From the NCBI GenBank assembly GCA_018027755.1, contig GCA_018027755.1_4098.1: a DNA stretch of 64,000 bases, one strand, 5' to 3'. Of this stretch, positions 53,557-63,163 are shown one piece after another. The notes below the pieces were generated by a model that had not been told where the DNA came from, ran no database searches, and saw only the letters and a list, made by a program, of their open reading frames with translations. Origin of the DNA: a phage. Position 1 is the stretch's first letter. Each line of letters starts with the position of its first letter. The position numbers were made by a program, and so were the translations under genes.

Positions 53557-55806
53557 TTAATCAACTATACTATCGTGACGTTTGAGTGCACGAATTACAA
53601 TTGCAGCTTGAATTTGTTGTGTAAAAGAACCACCTGCACCAAAATCATGAACAATTTTATTAACACGATAAATTGTTTGGTTAAATGTGGTTGGTGTATT
53701 AATATCCAAAACACCAGTGTTATCATTTATTGATATTACTGGTTGTAATTTCAGTAATAGATACGCTTCAGATGTTATATAATTTGCTACATGATAATCA
53801 TCTGGGTTAATTTCCATATCTTCACCATTAATTACTTGTTCTAGATATTGTAAGTAAGAGTAATCACTCCACCCTAACCAGTACGGGTCGCCTACTACAC
53901 GCATATCGAGTTTACACAAAAAAGGTCTATTGTAATAGTTGTCACGTATTTTACGTCTATCCATTTCATATGTGCTGCTGTTATCGTTTAACGAAGCGGA
54001 TAAAGTTGTTTCATTGTTAGTTGCTTCGGTTGGCATTGTGAACACTTCACCATAACGGTGACCAACACCATCAGTACCGCCATCGTTTTCTTCATAAGTG
54101 GTTACATAATCCTCAATATATTGAGGTAAAACATTGACTTGATAGTTATTATAACGGTCTTGTTCTTCTGCGTTACCAACCTGCATTTGATTTTTTGCTA
54201 AAGTTTCAACTTCAGTTAACAATTGTTGTTGGGCTTGTGTTAACATCCCTCCTAAATCACGAGTTACACGTAAATCACTTGTTTTTGCCCATGCGTCTGG
54301 TATACTATTGTATTGTACACCTTGAATATTGAGTTCTTGGGATGTATGTGTACCTGCATGGTTCGCTACATCTTGTATCGGACCAGGGTTACGTGTAGTG
54401 GCTACGAAAAATTGCTGATCGAATTTCAAATCCAAATCAAGTATCTCACTATTAAGCCCACTAAATTGATAATTATAAGTTTTCATGTTTATTTTTGGTT
54501 TTTGATCATTAGGATCTACGTATTTTTCTGCGTTCTCGAAAAAGTACTCAAATGTGAAATTTTCAGGTTGTAAATCCGATTCATGAACAATATCACCTAT
54601 TTTAAATCTAACAATATAAAAAATTACTTTATAAACAGAAGTATTACGATAATTATCAAAACCAACGTATTGTTTAACTGGTATAATGTTTACAAATTGA
54701 CGCACACTAGTACTATCATCGGCTTGTACAGTACATGTATCAATAACGTCATCAATAATTCGAGATATAGGAGTACTTGGGTTCCATGAAAAGTTTTTAG
54801 AACCTTGTGCACCACTTTTAGTTGTTCCGGCCTCTGCCATTTGTTTAGAATCATAGTTTATAAACAAATCTTGCAAATCAGGTGCTACTTTAAATTCGAA
54901 AAATTTACCTTCGGATAATTCACCAAATTTATATCTAAGATAACCATATTGTTGGTCAGCCATCTGATTTAATTTATCTTCTAAATCAAAGCAGAAGTCA
55001 CCAAAGTTTTCAGCAGTACAATTGAATGGTTCTTTTAAGGTCCATTCAATGTTATCAACTAAAGCTGCTCTATTATGAACTAAGTTCATAGTATACATCA
55101 TAGTACTACCACTTTGTGAAGCACTTGCAGTAACACTATTAATTTTAACTGACCAGCGTCTTGTTGTTTCTGGGATAATTTCAGGTATTCCATTTTTATT
55201 AAAGCCAATAAACTTTAATTCCAAGATCAATGGCAAGTCCATAAATTTATGATATCTAAGTTTGTTACTTAACGAAATTAATTCATCATAAAGACTCATA
55301 CTATTATTTTCAGACATATTAAGTACTGCTGTATTAAAACAATAGTTTGTTGTCATTCCTGGTGTTGAAGGTCCAGCTTGTGTCATTTGTACACTAGTGA
55401 TATTATATTTGCCAGTAACACCACTTTCTGATATCACATGTCGTTGCACTTCTGCATCTGGGTAAAGCCAAAAGTTTTTAAAATCATCTTTATCTAAGGC
55501 AAATAAACAAAAGTGCCATGTTGGATTATCATATTTCAATAATTTATTGTCATACGGTATTACAAACTGACTTAAATCTAGATCTTCATAAACTTGATCA
55601 ACACTAGCACTTTGTTTTGGTAATGATACTACATTACTTACATTTGCTTTGTAATTATTTTTTGTAATAGTTTTCACATCATTTTGTAATGTATTTGCTG
55701 TAGCTTTCAAACTATCAAGTGCATTAGATGTGGTGGTTTTAGCCTTACCAGTAATACTTGTAATATCATTTTGAAAATTATCAACTGTACTTCGTAAATC
55801 TGCCAT
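53557..55806 (-). CDS. hypothetical baseplate-module protein (hub-like by position)
   Basis: 749 aa between LysM-like gene and spike gene; no motif recognised. Confidence 0.35.
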   Translation of the reverse strand: MADLRSTVDNFQNDITSITGKAKTTTSNALDSLKATANTLQNDVKTITKNNYKANVSNVVSLPKQSASVDQVYEDLDLSQFVIPYDNKLLKYDNPTWHFCLFALDKDDFKNFWLYPDAEVQRHVISESGVTGKYNITSVQMTQAGPSTPGMTTNYCFNTAVLNMSENNSMSLYDELISLSNKLRYHKFMDLPLILELKFIGFNKNGIPEIIPETTRRWSVKINSVTASASQSGSTMMYTMNLVHNRAALVDNIEWTLKEPFNCTAENFGDFCFDLEDKLNQMADQQYGYLRYKFGELSEGKFFEFKVAPDLQDLFINYDSKQMAEAGTTKSGAQGSKNFSWNPSTPISRIIDDVIDTCTVQADDSTSVRQFVNIIPVKQYVGFDNYRNTSVYKVIFYIVRFKIGDIVHESDLQPENFTFEYFFENAEKYVDPNDQKPKINMKTYNYQFSGLNSEILDLDLKFDQQFFVATTRNPGPIQDVANHAGTHTSQELNIQGVQYNSIPDAWAKTSDLRVTRDLGGMLTQAQQQLLTEVETLAKNQMQVGNAEEQDRYNNYQVNVLPQYIEDYVTTYEENDGGTDGVGHRYGEVFTMPTEATNNETTLSASLNDNSSTYEMDRRKIRDNYYNRPFLCKLDMRVVGDPYWLGWSDYSYLQYLEQVINGEDMEINPDDYHVANYITSEAYLLLKLQPVISINDNTGVLDINTPTTFNQTIYRVNKIVHDFGAGGSFTQQIQAAIVIRALKRHDSIVD

Positions 55807-55817
55807 ACGTTACTCCA

Positions 55818-56132
55818 TTAGCCTATGTTTCGAGTACCATTAAGATAATTTTGTACTCTTTGATTTGCTGGTATTCTAATTGTTACTCCACTTTTAAAAT
55901 TATATATAGGATCTTCTCCTAGTATGTCTGGATTTAACAATGCGAAAATATAATATAAGCGTTCATTACCATACATTTCGTATGCTAAACGCCAAGGTTG
56001 ATATTCATATTTCAATGGGATCTCATAAAAATCATCAGTATCAGCCGGAACAATATCACGTGGTAAATTATACCCAAGATACCATGTTTGTTTCACCTTA
56101 GCGTAAGGTGAGTATTGACTATAGTTGGACAT
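55818..56132 (-). CDS. LysM-like small baseplate protein (gp53 / P2 X-like)
   Basis: YEIPLKYEY...RLAYEMYGNERLYYIFALLNPDI...GVTIRIP resembles a LysM fold; position upstream of hub/spike. Confidence 0.35.
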   Translation of the reverse strand: MSNYSQYSPYAKVKQTWYLGYNLPRDIVPADTDDFYEIPLKYEYQPWRLAYEMYGNERLYYIFALLNPDILGEDPIYNFKSGVTIRIPANQRVQNYLNGTRNIG

Positions 56133-56863
56133 TAAATGAATCCTCCTTTACGTAATAGTTCACCACGTTTGAATGCATTGAGGTTGAACGTTTTAGTCAT
56201 ATAATCCGATGTTGGTTGTTCTTCAAGTTGTAACATAACTGAGATTTTTTGTGGAACCCAAACTTCATCTTGTGGGTTCATATATCCAGTACTTCTAAGT
56301 TGTTCGAAGAATTTTCTACTATCCATGTCGGATAAATTAAAAGTACTATCGCTACTATTCAACGGAACTTGAATATAAGAAACATCATTTGGGTAAGTAA
56401 AATTATAAGATTTTAAAATAACAGGAATATCATTATATGTATAACGACCATATCCACTTAGAAGTAAGATTGGTGGTGGTGCACCTGCAATTGCGAGTTC
56501 GGGGTTATTAGCCGAAGCAGCTTGTCTACCAAAATCCATCAACGAAACAGAACGTATAAAATGAACACATGCCAACGCATACATAGCTTCTGCTGCTGTA
56601 TTCGCATAAAATTCACCCTGAATCGTGAAAACTGTATTAGTAGTGTTCTTATAGTTGTTATAGTTACTGTTAGTATGTATAGGGGACTGTGTTTCATACT
56701 GAATTGACCTTTGTTCAGTAATTGTTGGTGTTACAGTCCAAACCAACCCATTAGTTGGACGCAGAAACGAAAGTAGAGTTGGTTCGGAGCTATCTCCAAA
56801 ATCACCATATACATAGTTAGCACCTGCGGCTTTAGGTCGTAATCGAATTCTACGATCAATCAT
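56132..56863 (-). CDS. hypothetical structural protein (first gene of baseplate operon)
   Basis: ATG at 56863 with GGAG RBS; the longer track ORF (to 56953, TTG) would contain the late promoter. Confidence 0.4.
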   Translation of the reverse strand: MIDRRIRLRPKAAGANYVYGDFGDSSEPTLLSFLRPTNGLVWTVTPTITEQRSIQYETQSPIHTNSNYNNYKNTTNTVFTIQGEFYANTAAEAMYALACVHFIRSVSLMDFGRQAASANNPELAIAGAPPPILLLSGYGRYTYNDIPVILKSYNFTYPNDVSYIQVPLNSSDSTFNLSDMDSRKFFEQLRSTGYMNPQDEVWVPQKISVMLQLEEQPTSDYMTKTFNLNAFKRGELLRKGGFI

Positions 56864-56898
56864 CTTTTTGATTCTCCATAATAAGGGAACATTTGATG

Positions 56899-56906
56899 TA
56901 TTTATA
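56899..56906 (-). promoter_or_regulatory. T4-type late promoter box TATAAATA
   Basis: Exact TATAAATA on minus strand about 35 nt upstream of ATG 56863. Confidence 0.5.
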
Positions 56907-56994
56907 CGTGGGACAAACTGCTTTTTGGTGCTATAATAACATTGATGGTACAAGGATTGTACCTATTGGATTTAAACATGGAGAGTAAAATACA

Positions 56995-57834
56995 ATGACA
57001 AATAGACCAAAGCGTAAAAAGTATCTCAATAATGCTGATTTACTGCGTGAAATACAAAAAAGTAAAATTTCATATTGCTGGTTATTAGACAAATCATATA
57101 GTATGTATGATTATATTGTTTTTCATGAGTCAGAAATTACTGCTGAGTTACTAGAAAAAGCTAAGGCAGCCCGAATTAAACGACTGAACAATGAAATGCT
57201 TGATAGTATTCGTGAAAAGGAAAATATGAGTGCTAAAAAAGCTAAAGAATATGCAGATGAACACAATTTAGTTATCACTGACGTTCCAATTGATGAAGTT
57301 GTTATTCGTGTTATTACAGATGAACATATTCCACCAGATACTAGAGTTAACTTTGAACCATTCAAGCATTATATTGTAGATAATGAAGGTATTCTCTATG
57401 AAGTTTGTCGTTCTCACTGGAAAGGCGACCTTGAAACTGGTGAATTCAGTACTGTTCATGGTAAAATTACAAATGAACTTGGGAAGATGTTCATTAAACT
57501 TGCAGAGGAAATCTCACACAAATCTAATTACAGAAACTATACATACTTAGATGAAATGATGGGTGATGCAAGAATACAATTAGTTAAAAACGCACTTCTC
57601 TTTAAAGAGAGCATTCTTTATAAAAAAGATAAACCAGCAGTTCAGCTAAATCCTTTCTCTTACTATACATCATTCGTAAACAATAGTTTTCGTTCTATAT
57701 TGAATAGTGAGAAAAATGTTCGAAATATACGTGATGATTTACTTGAAATGCATGGCTTTACGCCATCACATACACGTCAAATTGAAATTGAATTGAACAT
57801 GATTGAAAGGAAAAATGAAGATGGCTCTGTTTGA
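56995..57834 (+). CDS. gp55: late-transcription sigma factor, gp55-like
   Basis: N-terminal KKYLNNADLLREIQKSK parallels T4 gp55 KYNYVNNKELLQAIIDWK; followed by gp47/gp46 homologs as in T4. Confidence 0.6.
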   Translation: MTNRPKRKKYLNNADLLREIQKSKISYCWLLDKSYSMYDYIVFHESEITAELLEKAKAARIKRLNNEMLDSIREKENMSAKKAKEYADEHNLVITDVPIDEVVIRVITDEHIPPDTRVNFEPFKHYIVDNEGILYEVCRSHWKGDLETGEFSTVHGKITNELGKMFIKLAEEISHKSNYRNYTYLDEMMGDARIQLVKNALLFKESILYKKDKPAVQLNPFSYYTSFVNNSFRSILNSEKNVRNIRDDLLEMHGFTPSHTRQIEIELNMIERKNEDGSV

Positions 57835-58852
57835 TAAAGCAATTACATTCACTGATATTCACTTAGGTTTAAAGAATAACAGCAAGCAACACAATGAAGA
57901 TTGTTTAAACTTCATTAAATTCATGATTGATGTAGCTAAAAAAAATAATATCAAAGTTTGTGTTTTTATGGGAGATTATTTTCATAATAGAAGTAATATC
58001 AATATCCAAACACTAAACTATGGTTTACAAATTCTTCAATTATTAAATGATAATTTTGAAAAAGTATATTTTTTAGTAGGCAACCATGATATGTATCATA
58101 AAAACAAACGTGATATAACAAGTATCAATATGGCTCAAGTTTATGAAAATATAGAATTCATTAATGAAATTACAACATTTGATGATTGTACTTTCATTCC
58201 ATTTATGATTGAAGATGAATATAAGTTGTTACCTCAACTAAAAAGTAAGTATGTTTTTGGTCACTTAGAGTTACCAGGTTACTTGCTTAACAAGATGGTA
58301 GAAATGCCTGATCATGGAAAAGAAACAGAAGGTTCTTTTGGTGGTTGTGAGTATGTTTTTAGTGGGCATTTTCATAAAAGGCAGTCAAAAACAACTTCAA
58401 AAGGAACTCGTGTAGTTTATACTGGTAATTGTTTTCCACATAATTTTTCCGATACATGGGATGATGCAAGAGGTGTGATGATTCTTGAACATGGTAAAGA
58501 ACCTATTTTCAAGTCATGGGATAATGCACCAAAATATAGAACATTCACACTTTCTGAATTGTTGACTGATCCAAGCTATTATCTACAAGATAACACAATA
58601 TCAAAAGTTCAAGTTGATATATCAATAACAACTGATGAGATTAGTTTTATTCGTGATACATTTACTAAACTTTATAACATTAGGGAGTTTAATGTTGTAA
58701 CTAGCAAGCAAAGTATTTCAGAATTAATCGAAGATGGTGTTAGTTTTGAAAGTACTGAATCAGTTGATGAGATAGTTTTACAGCAAATTATGGAAATTGA
58801 TTCACCAATGTTTGATAAAAATCTTCTAATCCAAATTTACAGATCGTTATAA
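57821..58852 (+). CDS. gp47: recombination nuclease subunit, Mre11/SbcD-like (gp47)
   Basis: Phosphoesterase motifs FTDIHLG, GDYFHN, VGNHD, GHLEL, SGHFH; start chosen at ATG 57821 (AGGA 9 nt upstream; track start 57803 lacks RBS). Confidence 0.85.
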   Translation: MALFDKAITFTDIHLGLKNNSKQHNEDCLNFIKFMIDVAKKNNIKVCVFMGDYFHNRSNINIQTLNYGLQILQLLNDNFEKVYFLVGNHDMYHKNKRDITSINMAQVYENIEFINEITTFDDCTFIPFMIEDEYKLLPQLKSKYVFGHLELPGYLLNKMVEMPDHGKETEGSFGGCEYVFSGHFHKRQSKTTSKGTRVVYTGNCFPHNFSDTWDDARGVMILEHGKEPIFKSWDNAPKYRTFTLSELLTDPSYYLQDNTISKVQVDISITTDEISFIRDTFTKLYNIREFNVVTSKQSISELIEDGVSFESTESVDEIVLQQIMEIDSPMFDKNLLIQIYRSL

Positions 58853-58860
58853 GGGACTAT

Positions 58861-61008
58861 ATGCTAAACATTACACGTATATCTATGAGGAACTTCTTTT
58901 CATTTGGTAATGCACCACAATCAATTGATTTGAATGGTTCCGACATTTCATTAGTACTGGGTCAAAATAATGATGCAGTTATTGAAGGTGGTGACAGTAC
59001 CGGACGTCGAAATGGTGTAGGGAAAAGTGCTATTATTCAAGGATTAGTTTTTGGATTATTTGGTAAAAGTATTGGTAATGATATTAAAATTCCGAACCTA
59101 GTCAATAAAACTAATGGCAAAAATTGTGAAGTAGTTGTAGAGTTTGAAAAAGATGGTGTACAATATCTGGTTGAACGTGGGAGAAGTCCCACGTATTTCA
59201 ATTTTGTTACTTTAGGGAAAGATAATAAAATTGAAGATGAATCAAGGGGAGAAAAGAAAGACACACAAGAAGATTTGAATGAAATTCTTGGTATATCTCA
59301 ATTATTATTTGAACATATTGTAGTACTGAATGCTAACGTTGAACCTTTCTTAGCTTTATCCACACAAAAACAACGTGATATGATAGAAGAACTTCTTGGA
59401 ATAACACAGTTGACGGAAAAAGCTGAAATGCTAAAGGAGATGTATAAGGATACTAAACGTTTAGCCGAACAAGAAAAGTTCAAAAATGAAACTGTAGCTG
59501 CAAGTAATGAACGTATTCAAAAAAGTATTGAGACACTACAAGAACAGGCAAACCAGTTTGAAATTGATAAAAATAATAGAGTATCTAAGTTAAATGAAGA
59601 GTTGAATATATATAAAACTTTAGACTTTAATGACCTCTATGAAGCTGCTGATATAAAAGAGAAAGCTCTTATTCATAACGCAAAGCGTGGGGAAATCGAA
59701 CGCCGTGTACAAGAGTTGGCTTTAAAATTTGATGCATATGACCGTGAACTTGAAAGATCTAAAAGAGAATTAAATCTAAGCATTGATAAGCTAAAAACTA
59801 TTGATATTAGTGCAGAATTGGAAAATCATAATGAGTTGGAGATATGGAAACAGTTAGAGGGTATTCTAAAAGAGAATAATAACCAAAAACGTTTCAAAGA
59901 ACAAAAACTAAACTCACTAAAAATAGCTTTAAAAGGATATGAATGTTCAATTAATGCTGAAATTGACAAATTATCAACAGTTGAAAACAGCAAATGTCCA
60001 CTTTGTATGTCTGAATTAGAACATAACGAACATACTTCTTCAATTAAAGACAAAATCCAAAGTACTATTAATGATCTTCAAGCTAAAATTGATAGTTCTT
60101 CTTCTGAAATTGAAACATTACTTCAAGAAATTGATAGTATTGAGATTTTTGATATGCCACCTAAGCCTGTGACATATTATAATACACTTTCAGAAGCACA
60201 AATGCATGAACATAAGCTTCAAGAATTGGTCAGAAAGAGTGAAGAAGAACAAATAAACATCTATGCAAATGAACTTATGTCATCATATGATGAACTTAAC
60301 TCATATGAACTAATGGAAGTTCCAGATACATTAAACAAATATGAAGTTAAAGAGTTAGAAATGACTGTAAATTCATTATCACAGCAATTAGATCGTGAAT
60401 TGAAGACTACTAACACATTTATTAGCCAAATTAATACCCTGAAGACTGATTCTTTAGTACCAATCGATTATAGCGACTATAATAATCTTGATAAAATGTC
60501 AAATCACCAAGATTTCTTGGTTAAATTACTTTTAAACAAGGATTCTTATGTCCGTAAACGTATTATTGAGCAAAATATCTCATATTTGAATACACGACTT
60601 CAGTACTATATCGATATGTGCGGTTCTGAGCATAATGTTGTGTTTTTGAATGATTTGAGTGTTGAAATTGAGAAGAGTGGACAGTACTTTGACTATAAAC
60701 AGCTTAGTAGAGGTGAGCGTACAAGGGTAAACATCGCATTATCTTGTGCTTTCCGTGATACATATGAGTCATTATACCAAAGTATTAATATTCTTATCAT
60801 TGATGAGATGATTGACCAAGGTCTTGACTCGAGTGGTGTTCTACGTGTGTGGTCTATCTTCCAAGATATGGCTGCTGTACGTGGTAAGAACGTTTATGCT
60901 ATTTCCCACAGAGAAGAGTTACTATCTAAGACTGAAAAAATCCTCAAAGTTGTTAAAGAGGACGGTTTCAGTACTGTTGAATATGCAACCCTTGACGATG
61001 TTTTCTAA
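58861..61008 (+). CDS. gp46: recombination ATPase subunit, Rad50/SbcC-like (gp46)
   Basis: Walker A GVGKSAIIQG, long coiled-coil middle, signature LSRGERTRV, Walker B LIIDEMIDQGLD. Confidence 0.85.
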   Translation: MLNITRISMRNFFSFGNAPQSIDLNGSDISLVLGQNNDAVIEGGDSTGRRNGVGKSAIIQGLVFGLFGKSIGNDIKIPNLVNKTNGKNCEVVVEFEKDGVQYLVERGRSPTYFNFVTLGKDNKIEDESRGEKKDTQEDLNEILGISQLLFEHIVVLNANVEPFLALSTQKQRDMIEELLGITQLTEKAEMLKEMYKDTKRLAEQEKFKNETVAASNERIQKSIETLQEQANQFEIDKNNRVSKLNEELNIYKTLDFNDLYEAADIKEKALIHNAKRGEIERRVQELALKFDAYDRELERSKRELNLSIDKLKTIDISAELENHNELEIWKQLEGILKENNNQKRFKEQKLNSLKIALKGYECSINAEIDKLSTVENSKCPLCMSELEHNEHTSSIKDKIQSTINDLQAKIDSSSSEIETLLQEIDSIEIFDMPPKPVTYYNTLSEAQMHEHKLQELVRKSEEEQINIYANELMSSYDELNSYELMEVPDTLNKYEVKELEMTVNSLSQQLDRELKTTNTFISQINTLKTDSLVPIDYSDYNNLDKMSNHQDFLVKLLLNKDSYVRKRIIEQNISYLNTRLQYYIDMCGSEHNVVFLNDLSVEIEKSGQYFDYKQLSRGERTRVNIALSCAFRDTYESLYQSINILIIDEMIDQGLDSSGVLRVWSIFQDMAAVRGKNVYAISHREELLSKTEKILKVVKEDGFSTVEYATLDDVF

Positions 61009-61016
61009 TTAAAGAT

Positions 61017-61043
61017 AAAGGGAGCCTTAGCTCCCTTTTTTTA
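61017..61043 (+). terminator. bidirectional intrinsic terminator
   Basis: GGGAGC-CTTA-GCTCCC followed by TTTTTTTA; stop codon of the minus-strand gene lies in the loop. Confidence 0.7.
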
Positions 61044-61518
61044 TATCAACCATATTTAATTTACCGTCCTTAATCAGCTTTCTAGCTTGCTTTACACGAG
61101 CAGTAGTGTTACTACCAGGGACAACTCCTAACCCTTCCAGAATCGCGTTTTGCTGTGTTGCTGGAAGCCTTTTAAACTTATTAACATCCACAGTTAGTGC
61201 TGTGTGATGTATGACTTGCTCTTCAGGTGGAATGTTATTGTTCTTTTCAAGATAATCTGCCAGATTTCTTAGTACTTCATGAAGAGGTTTATCAGTTAAA
61301 TGGCCCAGACAGCGTTTAAATGAATTTGCGACCCTTCCTTCCCATCCATTCACCTCATTTTGAAGAACCTGTCTACAATGTTGATTTCCACCATGATAGT
61401 GGTCAAGTACTGGTTTAGTTATTTTTATTCCTATAATGGGGTCAATACCATTTTGTTTTTTTAGTAGTTCTTTTCTGTAAGCTGCTGCTTCATTGGGATT
61501 TTTCAATCTCTTTTTCAT
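61027..61518 (-). CDS. gp49: endonuclease VII-like (Holliday junction resolvase, His-Cys box)
   Basis: LDHYHGGNQHCRQVLQNEVNGWEGRVANSFKRC parallels the T4 endo VII LDHDH...LCNLCN zinc/His box. Confidence 0.6.
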   Translation of the reverse strand: MKKRLKNPNEAAAYRKELLKKQNGIDPIIGIKITKPVLDHYHGGNQHCRQVLQNEVNGWEGRVANSFKRCLGHLTDKPLHEVLRNLADYLEKNNNIPPEEQVIHHTALTVDVNKFKRLPATQQNAILEGLGVVPGSNTTARVKQARKLIKDGKLNMVDIKKGS

Positions 61519-61563
61519 AGCGTTTTGTCCTGTTTCTGTAAATAATGTATATTAAAAAGTTTT

Positions 61564-62115
61564 GTGAGGTACACAAGAATAGCTAAAATTACACAACAAC
61601 AATTCATAGATAAATCAATGAATATTCATGGTAGTATTTACACATACAATAAAACAATATATGTCAATGCACACCATCCAATAACTGTTACGTGTAACAT
61701 TCACGGTGACTTCACAGTAGTTCCTAATAAACACATTTCTGCAAAACAAGGGTGTCCAGTTTGTTCAGACCAAGAACTAAAATCAAAACCTGTTATTGAA
61801 ATTCAGAATTTTTTAAAAACGTGTGATATAATGTTTGAAATGGAAAAGAAATTTGATAGTTGTAAAAACATCAATCATTTACCATTTGATTTTTATATTC
61901 CTGAACTTAATCTACTAATAGAATATGATGGTATCCAACACTTCAAACCAATAGAATACTTCGGTGGAGAAGAAGGTTTAGCTGAACAACAACGAAATGA
62001 TGAAATTAAGAATAAGTATTGTTATGATAATAATATTACTTTACTTAGAATAAAGTATTCAGATGACCACATTAAAATTATAAAAGACTTCATATCAAAA
62101 AATATAAATTATTGA
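61564..62115 (+). CDS. DUF559/Vsr-like PD-(D/E)xK nuclease-domain protein
   Basis: Motif FDFYIPELNLLIEYDGIQHF ... RNDEIKNKYCYDNNITLLRIKY; start uncertain (GTG 61564 or ATG 61618), no clear RBS. Confidence 0.45.
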   Translation: MRYTRIAKITQQQFIDKSMNIHGSIYTYNKTIYVNAHHPITVTCNIHGDFTVVPNKHISAKQGCPVCSDQELKSKPVIEIQNFLKTCDIMFEMEKKFDSCKNINHLPFDFYIPELNLLIEYDGIQHFKPIEYFGGEEGLAEQQRNDEIKNKYCYDNNITLLRIKYSDDHIKIIKDFISKNINY

Positions 62116-62127
62116 ATAGTTTTTATG

Positions 62128-62160
62128 AACCAAGTAATGTTTTGTTACTTGGTTTTTTTA
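62128..62160 (+). terminator. intrinsic terminator
   Basis: AACCAAGTAA-TGTTTTG-TTACTTGGTT followed by TTTTTTTA. Confidence 0.7.
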
Positions 62161-62227
62161 TACTTCAAAAATGTACTAAGTACTTTTTTATTTTTTTATG
62201 ATATTAGTGGGAAGATTTTAAAAATAG

Positions 62228-62236
62228 TGCTATAAT
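62228..62236 (+). promoter_or_regulatory. extended -10 promoter (TGCTATAAT)
   Basis: TGnTATAAT about 10 nt upstream of the GC-richer non-coding block. Confidence 0.4.
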
Positions 62237-62242
62237 GTTTGT

Positions 62243-62697
62243 TGTAGTAATGACAATCCTGTTGAATGCAGAAATGCATATAAATTAGAACCTGATCCTA
62301 TCGAAAATGTAGATGGCAGATGAGCAGTTCAACAGTGCGATGAGCAAAAGAAACCCGTTAGATGTGGGCATAGTTTGAACCCCTCACGGCAATGCGGCTC
62401 AATAAAGAACTCCGATAAGCATACAGAGAGTTCCTAGATAGACATATAAGGATCGCACCTTACCAGATTTGCTAAGGGAGTTTATTAAGTGATTTTAATA
62501 AACAGCCTGAAGTTTGATTGTATAGACTTTCAGGTGAGTGTCAGGATGATTAAGACTGACGACCGTTGCACATGACTGCGATAGAGAGAAACAGAGCAAC
62601 CCGCTTTCGTTCTTAATATATTTTTAAGAAATTCGCAATACAATAAATGCTGAAACCATCAGCGTCAAGAAATAGAGACTTCATTGTCTCTTTTTTA
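62243..62697 (+). ncRNA. candidate structured non-coding RNA (unclassified)
   Basis: About 450 nt with no ORF of 60 aa or more in any frame, visibly higher GC than flanks; promoter-like box upstream and AGAGAC-TTCATT-GTCTCT+T-run terminator at 62674-62697; several stem-loops incl. ATGCA-GAAA-TGCAT and CCTGAAGT...ACTTCAGG. Confidence 0.35.
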
Positions 62698-62914
62698 TTG
62701 TCTTCATTCCCCTGCGGGGGGATGAAAATGTCCTCAACAAATCCCGTCAAGTATTAAATCTTTTAAAGTTCTTTATAATTAATTTAATTAAATGAATATG
62801 AGTTACGTAGTAACGAATATTCTTCAGCTAACGAATGAAATGAGTTAGATGAATCCAATAATATTAAAATTAATCCTTTCATAATTCAATTCAAATAATT
62901 CTGTAGTTTAAAAC

Positions 62915-62945
62915 CAAAAAAAAACCAGCAACAATGTGCTGGCTA
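62915..62945 (-). terminator. intrinsic terminator (minus strand)
   Basis: Minus strand CCAGCA-loop-TGCTGG followed by T-run (A9 on plus strand). Confidence 0.55.
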
Positions 62946-62953
62946 TATGAAAA

Positions 62954-63163
62954 TTAGTGCTTCTCGTTTTGTTTTTTAATTTTTTTATTAAAAGACTTAA
63001 CTAATAAGTCTCTATCTATTAATGGCATATTAAGGAGTGTTCCATAGTCAATGTTATCCATATATACAGAACATTCCATTAGTGCATTTTTGATTTCTGA
63101 CTTATTCAGTTCTATCTCCTTCAGTACTTCTTGTATTTCTTCAGGAGATGACTGGAGAAGCAT
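62954..63163 (-). CDS. small hypothetical protein
   Basis: 69 aa; start overlaps upstream gene stop. Confidence 0.3.
   Translation of the reverse strand: MLLQSSPEEIQEVLKEIELNKSEIKNALMECSVYMDNIDYGTLLNMPLIDRDLLVKSFNKKIKKQNEKH

Noticed and set aside
56864-56953. N-terminal extension (TTG start) of ORF 56132-56953
   Set aside because: The extension contains the TATAAATA late box and GGAG RBS that serve the ATG at 56863; the shorter ORF was annotated instead.
62243-62697. tRNA or tmRNA gene in the non-coding block
   Set aside because: No convincing cloverleaf (acceptor stem plus GTTCRAnnC T-loop) could be traced by eye; left as an unclassified ncRNA candidate pending covariance-model search.
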